DNA of 64,000 nucleotides from Erysipelotrichaceae bacterium (lineage in GTDB: Bacteria; Bacillota_I; Bacilli_A; Erysipelotrichales; Erysipelotrichaceae), in contig JAFULN010000018.1 in assembly GCA_017473335.1 (NCBI GenBank), positions 557 through 64,556 on the forward strand, given 5' to 3'. Shown here piece by piece: positions 26,851 through 37,000 of the stretch; the stretch's first letter is position 1, and each line of letters begins with the position of its first letter. The position numbers and the translations under genes were made by a program. A model generated the notes under the pieces. That model was not told the DNA's origin. It saw only the letters and a list, made by a program, of their open reading frames with translations, and searched no databases.

Positions 26851-28706
26851 TTTTCCTCACTTTTCTTCTTCTTTTCACGCTTGCTCACCTGGAATATCAT
26901 TCCAGAGAGTGGTGCCAGTCGAATCTCTAAACGATATGGCTGCTTGTCATGTTCCTTTTTCAAAGCCTTAATAGGCTCATCATTGCACATTGTACAACCC
27001 TCATAGATTTCCTTTTCTGTATTGATCAATTCTGTATACTTCCCATTGTAAGGTACCCCAATCGGATACTTTTCATAACTATTTGGTGTACAATTCAGTA
27101 CAACAACATAAGCTTTGGTGTCAGTTTCCCGATAATAAGTAAACACACTTTGGTCAGCATTATCACAATTAATCCATTTAAAACCATCATATGTGAAATC
27201 TCTTTCACTGAATGCGGCATGATGCGCATAAAGTTTGCATAAGTCTTCAAAATAACGCGCAAAAGCGGCATGACGGCTGTAATCCAACAGGAACCAGTCG
27301 TTTTCGCGTGTTTCGTCAAATTCACGGAACATCCCCAACTCATTGCCCATGAAATTCAACTTCTTGCCAGGATGCGTATACATGTACATGTACAGCACTT
27401 TCGCCTGAGCAAATTTCTGATCATAGTCTCCCCACATCTTATTGATGATCGTACCCTTTCCATGAACCACTTCATCATGACTTAACGGCATCAAAAAGCG
27501 TTCAGAATAAAAGTACATCATGGAGAATGTCAGCTTGTTATGATCATATTTCCTGTAAATCGGATCGACGGAAAAATACTTCAATGTATCATTCATCCAC
27601 CCCATATCCCATTTATAGTCGAAGCCTAATCCATGCTCATAAGTTGAGCCTGTTACCTTCGGAAAATCACTGGAATCTTCCGCTATCAGCATGACCTCAG
27701 GAAAGTTCACAGAAAGATAATAATTCATTCTGCGAAGAAATGCAAGTCCACCTTCGTTTGTACCGCGATTTTTGTCGCCTCCCCAGTAAATAATATTGCT
27801 GATGGCATCCATTCTAAGCCCATCTATATGATATTTATCACACCAGAAGGCTGCTGAACTCATCAAAAAAGATCTCACTTCTTCTTTCCACAAATTAAAG
27901 TTTAGCGTTCCCCATGAACTTTCTGCATCATGAAGGTACTGATATTCATAACATGGTGCACCATCAAAATTGACTAAACCAAATGCATCTTTCACAAAAT
28001 GAACAGGTACTATATCCATTATGACACCAATTCCTGAAAGATGACACTGATCCACAAAATACATAAAGTCCTTTGGTTCACCATATCGACTGGTACAACT
28101 GAAATATCCACTAGCTTGATATCCCCATGAACCATCAAATGGATGTTCATTTAAAGGCATCAGTTCTACATGTGTAAATCCTTTTTGTTTTAAATATGGA
28201 ATCAGCTGTTCTGCCAGCTCTCTATAATTCAGCCATGAACCATCTTCATGATGTTTCCATCCCGCAGGATGAATTTCATAAATGTTCATAGGAGAATCAA
28301 AGTTCTTTGTACGCCTCTTCATCCAGTTTTTATCATTCCAAAGATAGTGATCTAAATTGTAGACAATACTGGAATTATGAGGACGCAGTTCACTATAAAA
28401 AGCGAGCGGATCTGATTTCTGCATCCAGATTCCATCTGCACCCTCTATATTATATTTATAAAGAGAATATTCTTTCACATTTGGTACAAACACGCTAAAT
28501 ACGCTCTCATGTATTTTATGCATCCACCCTCTTGTACCATTCCATTCATTAAACTGACCAATGACCTGTACATTTTTGGCATGAGGTGCCCATACAGTAA
28601 AGCGTACCCCCTGTATACCATCTTCCTCACACATATGCGCTCCAAACAATTCATATGCATTTACGCAATGTCCTTTCAGATAGCTTTCTAGAATCGTTTC
28701 TTTCAT
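26847..28706 (-). CDS. glgB: 1,4-alpha-glucan branching enzyme
   Basis: GH13 motifs DGLRMDA, EDSS and HDEVVHGK. ATGA overlap with glgP. The start is placed at the ATG after GGAGGT (28711-28716). Confidence 0.9.
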   Translation of the reverse strand: MKETILESYLKGHCVNAYELFGAHMCEEDGIQGVRFTVWAPHAKNVQVIGQFNEWNGTRGWMHKIHESVFSVFVPNVKEYSLYKYNIEGADGIWMQKSDPLAFYSELRPHNSSIVYNLDHYLWNDKNWMKRRTKNFDSPMNIYEIHPAGWKHHEDGSWLNYRELAEQLIPYLKQKGFTHVELMPLNEHPFDGSWGYQASGYFSCTSRYGEPKDFMYFVDQCHLSGIGVIMDIVPVHFVKDAFGLVNFDGAPCYEYQYLHDAESSWGTLNFNLWKEEVRSFLMSSAAFWCDKYHIDGLRMDAISNIIYWGGDKNRGTNEGGLAFLRRMNYYLSVNFPEVMLIAEDSSDFPKVTGSTYEHGLGFDYKWDMGWMNDTLKYFSVDPIYRKYDHNKLTFSMMYFYSERFLMPLSHDEVVHGKGTIINKMWGDYDQKFAQAKVLYMYMYTHPGKKLNFMGNELGMFREFDETRENDWFLLDYSRHAAFARYFEDLCKLYAHHAAFSERDFTYDGFKWINCDNADQSVFTYYRETDTKAYVVVLNCTPNSYEKYPIGVPYNGKYTELINTEKEIYEGCTMCNDEPIKALKKEHDKQPYRLEIRLAPLSGMIFQVSKREKKKKSEEK

Positions 28707-28742
28707 CATAACCTCCATTTACAGACAATTTGTCAAATCTCA

Positions 28743-28769
28743 TAAAAAGGCACAGGATTTCCTGTGCCT
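28743..28769 (-). terminator. Rho-independent terminator after pgcA
   Basis: AGGCACAGG / CCTGTGCCT stem. TTTTTAT follows on the minus strand. Confidence 0.75.
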
Positions 28770-28780
28770 AGTTCATTCAT

Positions 28781-30469
28781 TTATTTAGACCATTCCTTAG
28801 CAGCTTCGTGATAACGAACTGTCTTTTCCTTTACGTCAGCCTTATCTGTACCCTTAACACAGAAGTAGAACTTGCACTTAGGTTCTGTTCCTGATGGACG
28901 AACTGCAATCCAAGAACCATCTTCCAGATAGTACTTCAGAACGTTAGACTTAACAAAACCTTCCAGAGGCTTCACTACGCCATTTTCAACATCTGTCTGA
29001 ACATCAAAGTCCTGAACACGTACAACCTTAACACCAGCGATTTCAGTTGGAACATCTTTACGCAGATTAGCCAGAATGCTCTGAATCTTTTCAGCGCCTT
29101 CTTTACCAGCCAGAGAAATTGCAACCTGTGTTTCTTCATAAGTACCATGTTCTGCATAGCATTCATTCAGTACATCTACCAGAGTCTTGCCCTTAGCCTG
29201 ATACCAGCAAGCAGCTTCAGCCAGCATTAAGCATGCCTGAGGAGCATCTTTGTCACGTACAAATGGAGCAATCAAAGAACCATAGCTTTCTTCATATCCA
29301 AAGACATAATTCTTTTCACGAGTCACTTCATACTTCGCAACCTTTTCACCGATGAACTTGAAGCCAGTCAATGTCTTTTCGCAGACAACACCATACTTGT
29401 TGGCAATCTTTTCACCCAAATCACTTGTTACAACAGTGTTAAACATTACTGGATTTTCAGGCATTGTACCCATTTCTGTATACTGAGACAGAATGTATTC
29501 AATCAATACTGCACCAGACTGGTTACCAGTCAATACATGATATTCACCTTCATGCAATACTGCAACACCCATACGGTCAGCATCTGGATCACAAACCAGA
29601 ATCAGTTCAGCTTCATGCTTTTTAGCATATTCCAGAGCTAGTTCATAAGCTTTCAATTCTTCAGGGTTTGGAGTCTTTGTATTAGAGAAATCAGGGTCAG
29701 GTGTGCACTGTTCAACAACTGGAATGCAGTTGTATCCAGTTCTCTTGTAAACTTCCTGCACAGGAATATTTGCAGTACCATGTTCAGGAGAGAACACGAT
29801 TCTCATATTACCTTTTTCTACTTCTGGATGAATCTGAATCTTCAAAACTTCTGCATAGTAAGCTTCATCCACATCCTTGCCAACAACAGTAATCAGTTTT
29901 TCCTGTTCAGGTGTGCATTCTGCAACCAGAGCCAGTGGATCTTCAATTGCGTTAACTTCCGCAATAACCTGTGAAGCCAGTGCAGGAACCAGCTGACATC
30001 CCTTTTCATCATACAGCTTGTATCCATTGTATTCCTTTGGATTATGAGAAGCAGTAATCATGATACCACCGAAGCAGTTAAAATGACGAACCGCAAAGCT
30101 CAGTTCAGGAGTAGGTCTCAGGCTTTCAAACACATAAACACGAATGCCATTCTTAGCCAGCATCTTTGCAGAATCCATTGCGAATTCATAGCTCATATGA
30201 CGATTGTCATAACCAATTGCGATACCTCGTTTTGCAGCTTCTTCCCCATTGGCATTGATATAGTTGGCAAAACCTTGATTTGCCTTACGGATAGTATGAA
30301 CATTAATACGGTTGCATCCTACGCCCAAAAGGCCTCTCATACCTGCTGTACCAAATTCAATATTAGTATAGAATGCGTCTTCAATCTGCTTTTCATTCAG
30401 AGTATCAAGTTCAGCTCTGAGTTTAGCATCAAGATTTGGATGGTTTTTCCAGATTTCATATTGATTCAT
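28781..30469 (-). CDS. pgcA: Phosphoglucomutase / phospho-sugar mutase
   Basis: TASHNPKEYNGYK phosphoserine loop and CDPDADR metal-binding loop. Confidence 0.9.
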   Translation of the reverse strand: MNQYEIWKNHPNLDAKLRAELDTLNEKQIEDAFYTNIEFGTAGMRGLLGVGCNRINVHTIRKANQGFANYINANGEEAAKRGIAIGYDNRHMSYEFAMDSAKMLAKNGIRVYVFESLRPTPELSFAVRHFNCFGGIMITASHNPKEYNGYKLYDEKGCQLVPALASQVIAEVNAIEDPLALVAECTPEQEKLITVVGKDVDEAYYAEVLKIQIHPEVEKGNMRIVFSPEHGTANIPVQEVYKRTGYNCIPVVEQCTPDPDFSNTKTPNPEELKAYELALEYAKKHEAELILVCDPDADRMGVAVLHEGEYHVLTGNQSGAVLIEYILSQYTEMGTMPENPVMFNTVVTSDLGEKIANKYGVVCEKTLTGFKFIGEKVAKYEVTREKNYVFGYEESYGSLIAPFVRDKDAPQACLMLAEAACWYQAKGKTLVDVLNECYAEHGTYEETQVAISLAGKEGAEKIQSILANLRKDVPTEIAGVKVVRVQDFDVQTDVENGVVKPLEGFVKSNVLKYYLEDGSWIAVRPSGTEPKCKFYFCVKGTDKADVKEKTVRYHEAAKEWSK

Positions 30470-30536
30470 TTTCTATTCCTCTTTCTTCTATTGATATTAT
30501 CATTATATCATGTTCTAAGCGCTTTCACACATGTTT

Positions 30537-31463
30537 TTAAAGTTTTTGGGATCGACAAATACTGATTGTTCTGACAAACTGCTGCTTCACAAAAGGAACT
30601 TGTGCCTCTATTTGCCATCCAGATTCCTTTAACAGTTCCCTCATAGGTCCAACACTTACCAAAATCAGCTCATCAGCCAGTTTTCTAGCTCCCTTGAGAA
30701 GTTCAAGCTGCATTTGTTCCTCTGCTTTTTCCATCACACCATAAGGAATATCCAAAATAGCGCAGTCAGCATGAATGTCTGCTTCTCTCATATCCATGCA
30801 CTGTACAACTTCCGGATAACCATAATAAGCACAGTTTTGATTTGCATTCTGCGCAATCGGAGGATTCATCTCGATGCCTATAATATCATAGCCAAGATGT
30901 AGACCTTCCAGCACAACAGTCCCCACACCAGCACATGGATCAATCAATGTACGACTACGATCATTTCTTCCAGACAATGAAATCAGAATACGAGCTAGGC
31001 GCACAGGCAGTGAATAAGTATAGGAATGAGGCTTATTCTGATGTTTCAGCCAGCGCTTTTCCATTTTTTCAACAGTACCAAAATACCATTTTCCTTGATG
31101 ATGAACTACACCGTACAGCACTTTAGGATCTTTTAAAGAAAAATCCCCTTCAATAGCAGTACCCAATCTTCGACAAACAGACACCTGTACATGATAATCA
31201 ACATGCGTATGTCTTCCAAGAAAGATCACCTTATATACATCACTTTCTAAGTTCATTGCTTCAACTTTTTCACACAATTCATCAGCACTGTTTCCCTCAG
31301 CAATAATCTTCATCTTTTCATGCATGAAGGGACTATGCTCACCCGATACATCCTTTTCACTGATTAAGACCTTTCCATTACATTCAACACCAAAAAGAGC
31401 CTTGCATTCCAGTGCAAACAGCTCAGTATCCATTTCACGATAATTCATCACATAACAATACAT
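30537..31463 (-). CDS. SAM-dependent RNA methyltransferase (UPF0020/TRM11-like, THUMP-type N-terminus). Start is uncertain.
   Basis: DPCAGVGT SAM motif and LDIPYG catalytic motif. The track start at 31487 lies inside the ptsH terminator. Alternative ATGs are at 31463 and 31448. Confidence 0.65.
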   Translation of the reverse strand: MYCYVMNYREMDTELFALECKALFGVECNGKVLISEKDVSGEHSPFMHEKMKIIAEGNSADELCEKVEAMNLESDVYKVIFLGRHTHVDYHVQVSVCRRLGTAIEGDFSLKDPKVLYGVVHHQGKWYFGTVEKMEKRWLKHQNKPHSYTYSLPVRLARILISLSGRNDRSRTLIDPCAGVGTVVLEGLHLGYDIIGIEMNPPIAQNANQNCAYYGYPEVVQCMDMREADIHADCAILDIPYGVMEKAEEQMQLELLKGARKLADELILVSVGPMRELLKESGWQIEAQVPFVKQQFVRTISICRSQKL

Positions 31464-31485
31464 AGTTCTATTGTAACAAAAAGAC

Positions 31486-31512
31486 AAAAAAAAGACAGCT
31501 CACAGCTGTCCT
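31486..31512 (-). terminator. Rho-independent terminator after ptsH
   Basis: GACAGCT / AGCTGTC stem followed by a long T-run on the minus strand. Confidence 0.75.
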
Positions 31513-31524
31513 TTTATTCACAAA

Positions 31525-31791
31525 TTAAGCAATAACCTTCTGAGTACGCAGAACTTCTACGATAGAGTTGATTGCAAGCTCTTCATCCACACCATCGCAA
31601 GAAATGACTACTTCAGACTGAGTAGGAATGCCCAAAGACATAACACCCATAATAGACTTCATGTTTACTGAACGACCCTTAAACCCAATGTTTACATCGC
31701 ATTTGAATTTGCTTGCTGCATTTACCGCAACAGTAGCTGGACGAGCATGCAGTCCTACTGGATCCACAACCAATACAGAAACCTGTTTCAT
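31525..31791 (-). CDS. ptsH: Phosphocarrier protein HPr
   Basis: 88 aa. GLHARPA (His15) and KSIMGVMSLG (Ser46) motifs. AGGAGG SD. Confidence 0.95.
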   Translation of the reverse strand: MKQVSVLVVDPVGLHARPATVAVNAASKFKCDVNIGFKGRSVNMKSIMGVMSLGIPTQSEVVISCDGVDEELAINSIVEVLRTQKVIA

Positions 31792-31858
31792 TTTCGAAAT
31801 TCCTCCTAATAACCTAGCTTCATTTTAAACCATTTTTAAAGCGGTTACAAGTGCAAAA

Positions 31859-32335
31859 TCACTTATGATAAGGCTCGTTACGGAGAATCTTAAACGCCCT
31901 GTAAACCTGTTCAAGTACCAAAAGACGTACAATCTGATGAGGAAAAGTATTGTCAGAAAGTTTCCACGCAAAATCTGAACGTCTCCTTAATGCATCGCTC
32001 ACTCCAAGCGATCCCCCAATCACAAAAGTGATATCCGATGACTTGTATGTTTGAACATCTTTGATTATCTCTGCAAACTTTTCACTTGTCATTGTCTTTC
32101 CATGAAGATCCAGCAAAATGACATAATCCCCACTTTTTATTTTTTTCAGTGATGCTTCACTTTCCTGTTCAATGACCTGTTGATTTTGTGCTAAAGAATT
32201 GCTTTGAGGAGCCACCAGTTCTTCCGTCTCAATGATTTCTACTTTTGTATATGCACCAAGGCGCTTCAAATATTCTCCAATCAGCTGTATTAATGCTTTT
32301 TCTTTGCACTTTCCTACACAAACAAGCTTAATCAT
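31859..32335 (-). CDS. rlmH: 23S rRNA (pseudouridine1915-N3)-methyltransferase
   Basis: SPOUT fold, about 158 aa, C-terminal RNEPYHK motif. Synteny after htrA and walJ. Confidence 0.9.
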   Translation of the reverse strand: MIKLVCVGKCKEKALIQLIGEYLKRLGAYTKVEIIETEELVAPQSNSLAQNQQVIEQESEASLKKIKSGDYVILLDLHGKTMTSEKFAEIIKDVQTYKSSDITFVIGGSLGVSDALRRRSDFAWKLSDNTFPHQIVRLLVLEQVYRAFKILRNEPYHK

Positions 32336-33399
32336 TGCAGTGTAACCATCACTTTCGATGTTTCATTGCCTCTTAGAACTGTCAATTCAACAACGTCTCC
32401 AACACTGCACTCATACAATAGTGTACGCAGTGTATTGTAGTCGGTCAGCTTTGTACCATTGAATTCCAAGAGAATATCGCCCACCTGCATCAGTGCAAGT
32501 TCACAAGGTCCCATTTTTTCCATAGAACGAATGTACAATCCATCTATTCGATCCAGCTGAATAGATAACTGACTTTTCTGATACGCAGTTAACTCTGAAA
32601 TTGTAGTCGTTGAAATACCTAGTGTCGGACGAACAACCACCTGATTTTCAATAATCATACGTACTACTTCTTCAACTTCTTCAACAGGTACTATCAAAGC
32701 TTCTTTTTGTGTCGATAAACGCAAAGAAGAAATACCAATCAATTCTCCCTGCATATTAACTACAGCCCCGCCAGAAGTACCATCAACAATATCCAGATCT
32801 GCAACCAGTACATTGAGTTCATAGTTTTGATTTTGCTGAATCTCTGCATAGTAAGAACGATTCATTCCTGATAATACACCCACTGAAATTGACGGTGAAT
32901 AATCACTTCTTCCTTCACTGCCAATAGCAATCAGCCACTCTCCTAGTGACAAAACAGATGATTCTCCCAAAGAAACAGGCACACAGGTAAAAGAAGGTTC
33001 TGTGCTAATCACTGCTAAATCTGTCAAATCATCGACTCCCAGCAATGTCCCTGCAACGCGTTCCCCATTATCAAATGTCACTGATATTTCAGAAACACCC
33101 TTTGTATAATGCGCATTAGTCACAATGACTGCCTGATTCTCTGAAACAGAAACAATCACTCCACTTCCCTCATAAACAGAAGAAGAAGTATCCATCATTT
33201 CCACATGAACCACAGATGCAGAAGCCTGATCAATTACTTTCGTCAAATCTGTAGAAAAACCAGTCACTGTTTTATTCACATGAGTTACTGTATCTGTTCC
33301 ATCTTCATCAAGCTTTTGTTTCAAATCATTAATCTGATACGTCAAAAAACCACAGTACAGCACCATACATGCCAGTGCCAGAATCAAAAGTTTCTTCAT
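32332..33399 (-). CDS. htrA: HtrA-like S1C serine protease with a PDZ domain
   Basis: N-terminal TM, TNAHY, DLAV and GTSGGAVVN catalytic triad motifs, C-terminal PDZ. The ATG at 33399 lies 6 nt after GGAGG. Confidence 0.85.
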   Translation of the reverse strand: MKKLLILALACMVLYCGFLTYQINDLKQKLDEDGTDTVTHVNKTVTGFSTDLTKVIDQASASVVHVEMMDTSSSVYEGSGVIVSVSENQAVIVTNAHYTKGVSEISVTFDNGERVAGTLLGVDDLTDLAVISTEPSFTCVPVSLGESSVLSLGEWLIAIGSEGRSDYSPSISVGVLSGMNRSYYAEIQQNQNYELNVLVADLDIVDGTSGGAVVNMQGELIGISSLRLSTQKEALIVPVEEVEEVVRMIIENQVVVRPTLGISTTTISELTAYQKSQLSIQLDRIDGLYIRSMEKMGPCELALMQVGDILLEFNGTKLTDYNTLRTLLYECSVGDVVELTVLRGNETSKVMVTLQ

Positions 33400-34118
33400 C
33401 TTGATCCTCCTTTTATACATTCTTTCTGCGCGGCAGCTTGCAGAATACCTTTGTAGTCTTTAAGACAGCCCGAAACCACAGATAATGCTCTTACAGGCGT
33501 ATTTGCCTCTTCACTTAAGTGAGCTAATGTAATTTCTTTTGTATTTTCTCCAATCATCAATGACAATGCACGACCACAGTCTTCATTGCACAAATGTCCC
33601 TGATCCGAATAAATCCTAGATTTTGTCGCAAATGGACGATTTGTCTTCATCAGCATCTCTACATCATGATTACTTTCAATGATATAGTAATCCAGATTCT
33701 GCATCATCTGAATATTAAGTTTGGATACATAGCCTGTATCTGTTAAATAAGCAAGCTTTTCTCCCTCTGACTCAAACAGATAACCACAGCACCCCTGAGC
33801 ATCATGTGAAGCCGCAAGAGGTGTAATTTGAATGTCCTGAATCTGAAATGTCTGATACGGTTCTAAACGAATCCCAACATCCAGCTCACAAACACTGTAA
33901 ATTGGAAGATGAGAAAAGACACGAAGCTGCTGAATATGATCTGAATGTGCATGTGTAATCAACAGTGCATCCAAATCAGAAAGATCAATACCGCACTCTT
34001 TCATCTTTTCAAATAAATATTTTTTAGTAAAACCACAATCCAGCATGAGAGTCGTTTCTCTAGTTTGCAGTATCCAGCAGTTCCCTTTTGAACCACTGCA
34101 CAATCCAATATATCTCAT
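33396..34118 (-). CDS. walJ: MBL-fold metallo-hydrolase (YycJ/WalJ-like)
   Basis: HAHSDH motif. Position immediately upstream of htrA and rlmH, as in Bacillus. Confidence 0.8.
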   Translation of the reverse strand: MRYIGLCSGSKGNCWILQTRETTLMLDCGFTKKYLFEKMKECGIDLSDLDALLITHAHSDHIQQLRVFSHLPIYSVCELDVGIRLEPYQTFQIQDIQITPLAASHDAQGCCGYLFESEGEKLAYLTDTGYVSKLNIQMMQNLDYYIIESNHDVEMLMKTNRPFATKSRIYSDQGHLCNEDCGRALSLMIGENTKEITLAHLSEEANTPVRALSVVSGCLKDYKGILQAAAQKECIKGGSR

Positions 34119-34119
34119 A

Positions 34120-35634
34120 TTAGTAGCTGCATCCTAAATAACGGCAAGGATGAGGGCGTGTTCCATCTTCTTTCAAAATGAAGAAATGAATATGAGGTCC
34201 TGTCGCAACCCCAGTTTGTCCAATCTGTCCAATGATTTCACCAACGTCCACATATTCGCCAACATCCACAAATGCAGGCTTGTTCAAATGTCCATAATAA
34301 CTCTTTAAACCATTGTTGTGATTGATAATCACATGATAGCCGCCTATGCTGTTATAGCTTACCGTTTCAACAACACCTCTATCCGATGCATAGACATTGC
34401 CATAACGATGATACACATTGATGATATCAATTGCACGATGCCCTGCATAGCATCCAACAGTACAAGTTATACGAGGATTATCTGTCGGCCATCTAAATTT
34501 CCCAGTACCTACTCCTGGAATAACCATTGTACCTACTCTCAGAATTTCATTGACAGGCATTTGAGTCTGCTGCTCAGAAGCCAGATAATAAGATGAATAC
34601 TGTCCATTGACATATGTTTCAATGTACTTAGAATTCTTATATCCATTTTGTGCTTCACGCACAACTTCAAATGCTCCTTCTTTTAATGTATCATCCAGCT
34701 CAATCTCTGTTTCTCCCGGATAGATTTCTTCTCTTCGAATCAGTTCTACCTGTACTTCTACATTGATAATCGGCTCCAAATAGCGCACATTCAGCTGTGT
34801 TCCTGGTTCCAAAAGCTGTGTTGTACTTAACAGAATATCATTGTTCAAAATCATGACCTGTGTCCCTGTCAGCCCAGTTTTTGCACCTACTCCATCTACA
34901 GTGTCTCCTTCGACGGTCGTATAGTATTCCTTCGTCTGATTTTCACCATAGCTCAAATAAGACAAAATTTCCTGTTCATTCTGAAGGATCTGATCTACTT
35001 TCGCAACTGACTGATAAACCGTGATTGTTTCCTGTATCTTTACAGATATCTCACGTGACCCATACGTTGTCAGTTCAGGAATTTGCTGATTATTGCGCAC
35101 ATAATTCAAAGTATCTTTTGAACAGAAATACAATAAAAACTTGTCACGCGCATTATAAAAGTCTTCTATGTTCTTTACATAAATCGTATCATAAACACCA
35201 TTCGAGTCTGAAAACTCAATTGCATTCACCACAACCCCATAAGAACGATTAGTCTTTAAATACTGAATGATTTTATCATCAATATCTTCATAATCATATA
35301 AACTTAACTCTTTTGAAATATATACATCTTCACCAAGCCCCAGTGAAGTCTCAGGGTAATCTTCTTCATACTGTTCATGATAAACATCTTGAAGAAACTG
35401 CTCTATTTTTGAATAATCTTCTACTGCACCCAAAAGTTTTCCTGATTCATAAATAAATGTTGTTTCTGCAGGAACATTGTAGACGCCTTCAACTTCCTGA
35501 TTAAGCATTGAATCATAAGAAAGATTGACATTGTTTAATCCACTGGAAGTATCACTGAAACTGACATTCGGAAACAAAAGTGCCATACCTATACTAAATA
35601 GGAAAGCTACTGCCAAAAATACAAATTTCTTCAT
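34120..35634 (-). CDS. Secreted or anchored LysM-G5-M23 peptidoglycan hydrolase
   Basis: N-terminal signal/TM. LysM-like YYTTVEGDTVDGVGAKTGL..GTQLNV. G5-like segment ending ILRVGT. M23 motifs GCYAGHRAID and GPHIHF. Confidence 0.8.
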   Translation of the reverse strand: MKKFVFLAVAFLFSIGMALLFPNVSFSDTSSGLNNVNLSYDSMLNQEVEGVYNVPAETTFIYESGKLLGAVEDYSKIEQFLQDVYHEQYEEDYPETSLGLGEDVYISKELSLYDYEDIDDKIIQYLKTNRSYGVVVNAIEFSDSNGVYDTIYVKNIEDFYNARDKFLLYFCSKDTLNYVRNNQQIPELTTYGSREISVKIQETITVYQSVAKVDQILQNEQEILSYLSYGENQTKEYYTTVEGDTVDGVGAKTGLTGTQVMILNNDILLSTTQLLEPGTQLNVRYLEPIINVEVQVELIRREEIYPGETEIELDDTLKEGAFEVVREAQNGYKNSKYIETYVNGQYSSYYLASEQQTQMPVNEILRVGTMVIPGVGTGKFRWPTDNPRITCTVGCYAGHRAIDIINVYHRYGNVYASDRGVVETVSYNSIGGYHVIINHNNGLKSYYGHLNKPAFVDVGEYVDVGEIIGQIGQTGVATGPHIHFFILKEDGTRPHPCRYLGCSY

Positions 35635-35636
35635 GG

Positions 35637-36989
35637 CTATACCCCATCATATTCAAATGCAGGATTCTTAAAGGAATTGATATTTCTTTCAAAGGACAGT
35701 GTAATATTGCGAGTTGCCCCATTACGATGCTTTGCGATGATAACATCAACACTTTCATTTGTCACAGATTCATCTTTATCTTTCAGCTTCTTATAATAAG
35801 CTTCACGATACAAAAACATAACAATATCGGCATCCTGTTCAATCGCACCAGATTCTCTTAAGTCAGAAAGCATTGGAATCTTTTCAGTACGTTCTTCTAC
35901 TTTACGAGACAGCTGTGACAACGCAATCACTGGAACTTTTAGTTCACGTGCCAAAGCTTTCAAGCCGCGTGAAATCTCAGAAACTTCCTGCTGACGATTA
36001 TCCTGATTCTTTCCATTACCTGTAATCAGCTGGATATAGTCAATCACAATCAGTGACAAACCATGTTCAGCATTCAATTTACGGCACTTCGAAAAGATTT
36101 CGCTCACACGAACACCAGGGGTATCATCAATATAAATTTTCATAGCACGCATTTCTGTTGCAGCTTCTGCCAATGAATTCATTTCATCATTGTTTAAAAA
36201 GCCTGAACGAATCTTCATGCCGTCTACTTCACTTTTTGTCGACATCATACGCTGTATCAGCTGTTCTGCCGGCATTTCCAGCGAAAAAACTGCCACAGCC
36301 TGCTCTGTCTGCAGCTGAGCAGCATTCAGCGCCAAATTCAGCGCAAACGCTGTTTTCCCCATAGATGGACGCGCAGCCAGAATAATCAAGTCCCCGCGCT
36401 GTAAACCATTGGTCGTATCATCCAATTCCTTATATCCAGTACGAATCCCAGTAATACGACTTTTCTGATTCTTCATCTTATAGATATTTTCCATGACAGT
36501 ATTCACAACTTCTGCACTCGTTCTAAATTCAGCAGTACGTCGTGTACGTGTCACATCCAGTATTTTCTTTTCAGCATTGTCCAAGACAATCTCTACATCT
36601 TCAGCTTCATTAAATCCATCTTCCGCAATCTGCTGAGCAGTTTCAATCAAATTACGAAGATAAGCTTTATTTTGAAGGATTTCAACATAATGTTTTGTAC
36701 TAGTTGAAGTCACAGCGCTGTCTGAAAGCTGCAAAAGATAACTCATTCCACCACAAGAATCCAGCTGATTCAAATCCTGCAGACGACTGGCAACAGTCGT
36801 CACATCGCAAGGTTTTCCCTCAGCAGCCAGCGACTCCATCACACTATAGATTTTACGATGAGCTTCCAGATAAAAATCCTGATTGCGACATCCTTCATCT
36901 ACAGCAATGCGTACGCTCTTTTCATAAACAAGCATCGCACCCAGTAAAGCCTGTTCTGCCTCCATGCTGTTAGGCATTTGCCTGCTCAT
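35637..36989 (-). CDS. dnaB: Replicative DNA helicase
   Basis: AEQALLG N-terminus, Walker A ARPSMGKTAF, Walker B IVIDYIQL. GGAGGTG SD. Confidence 0.95.
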   Translation of the reverse strand: MSRQMPNSMEAEQALLGAMLVYEKSVRIAVDEGCRNQDFYLEAHRKIYSVMESLAAEGKPCDVTTVASRLQDLNQLDSCGGMSYLLQLSDSAVTSTSTKHYVEILQNKAYLRNLIETAQQIAEDGFNEAEDVEIVLDNAEKKILDVTRTRRTAEFRTSAEVVNTVMENIYKMKNQKSRITGIRTGYKELDDTTNGLQRGDLIILAARPSMGKTAFALNLALNAAQLQTEQAVAVFSLEMPAEQLIQRMMSTKSEVDGMKIRSGFLNNDEMNSLAEAATEMRAMKIYIDDTPGVRVSEIFSKCRKLNAEHGLSLIVIDYIQLITGNGKNQDNRQQEVSEISRGLKALARELKVPVIALSQLSRKVEERTEKIPMLSDLRESGAIEQDADIVMFLYREAYYKKLKDKDESVTNESVDVIIAKHRNGATRNITLSFERNINSFKNPAFEYDGV

Positions 36990-37000
36990 GACAACACCTC

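Noticed and set aside
24450-28691. Many 60-97-aa ORFs on both strands inside glgP and glgB
   Set aside because: All are embedded in long, motif-supported enzyme genes. None has ribosome-binding sites or recognisable motifs.
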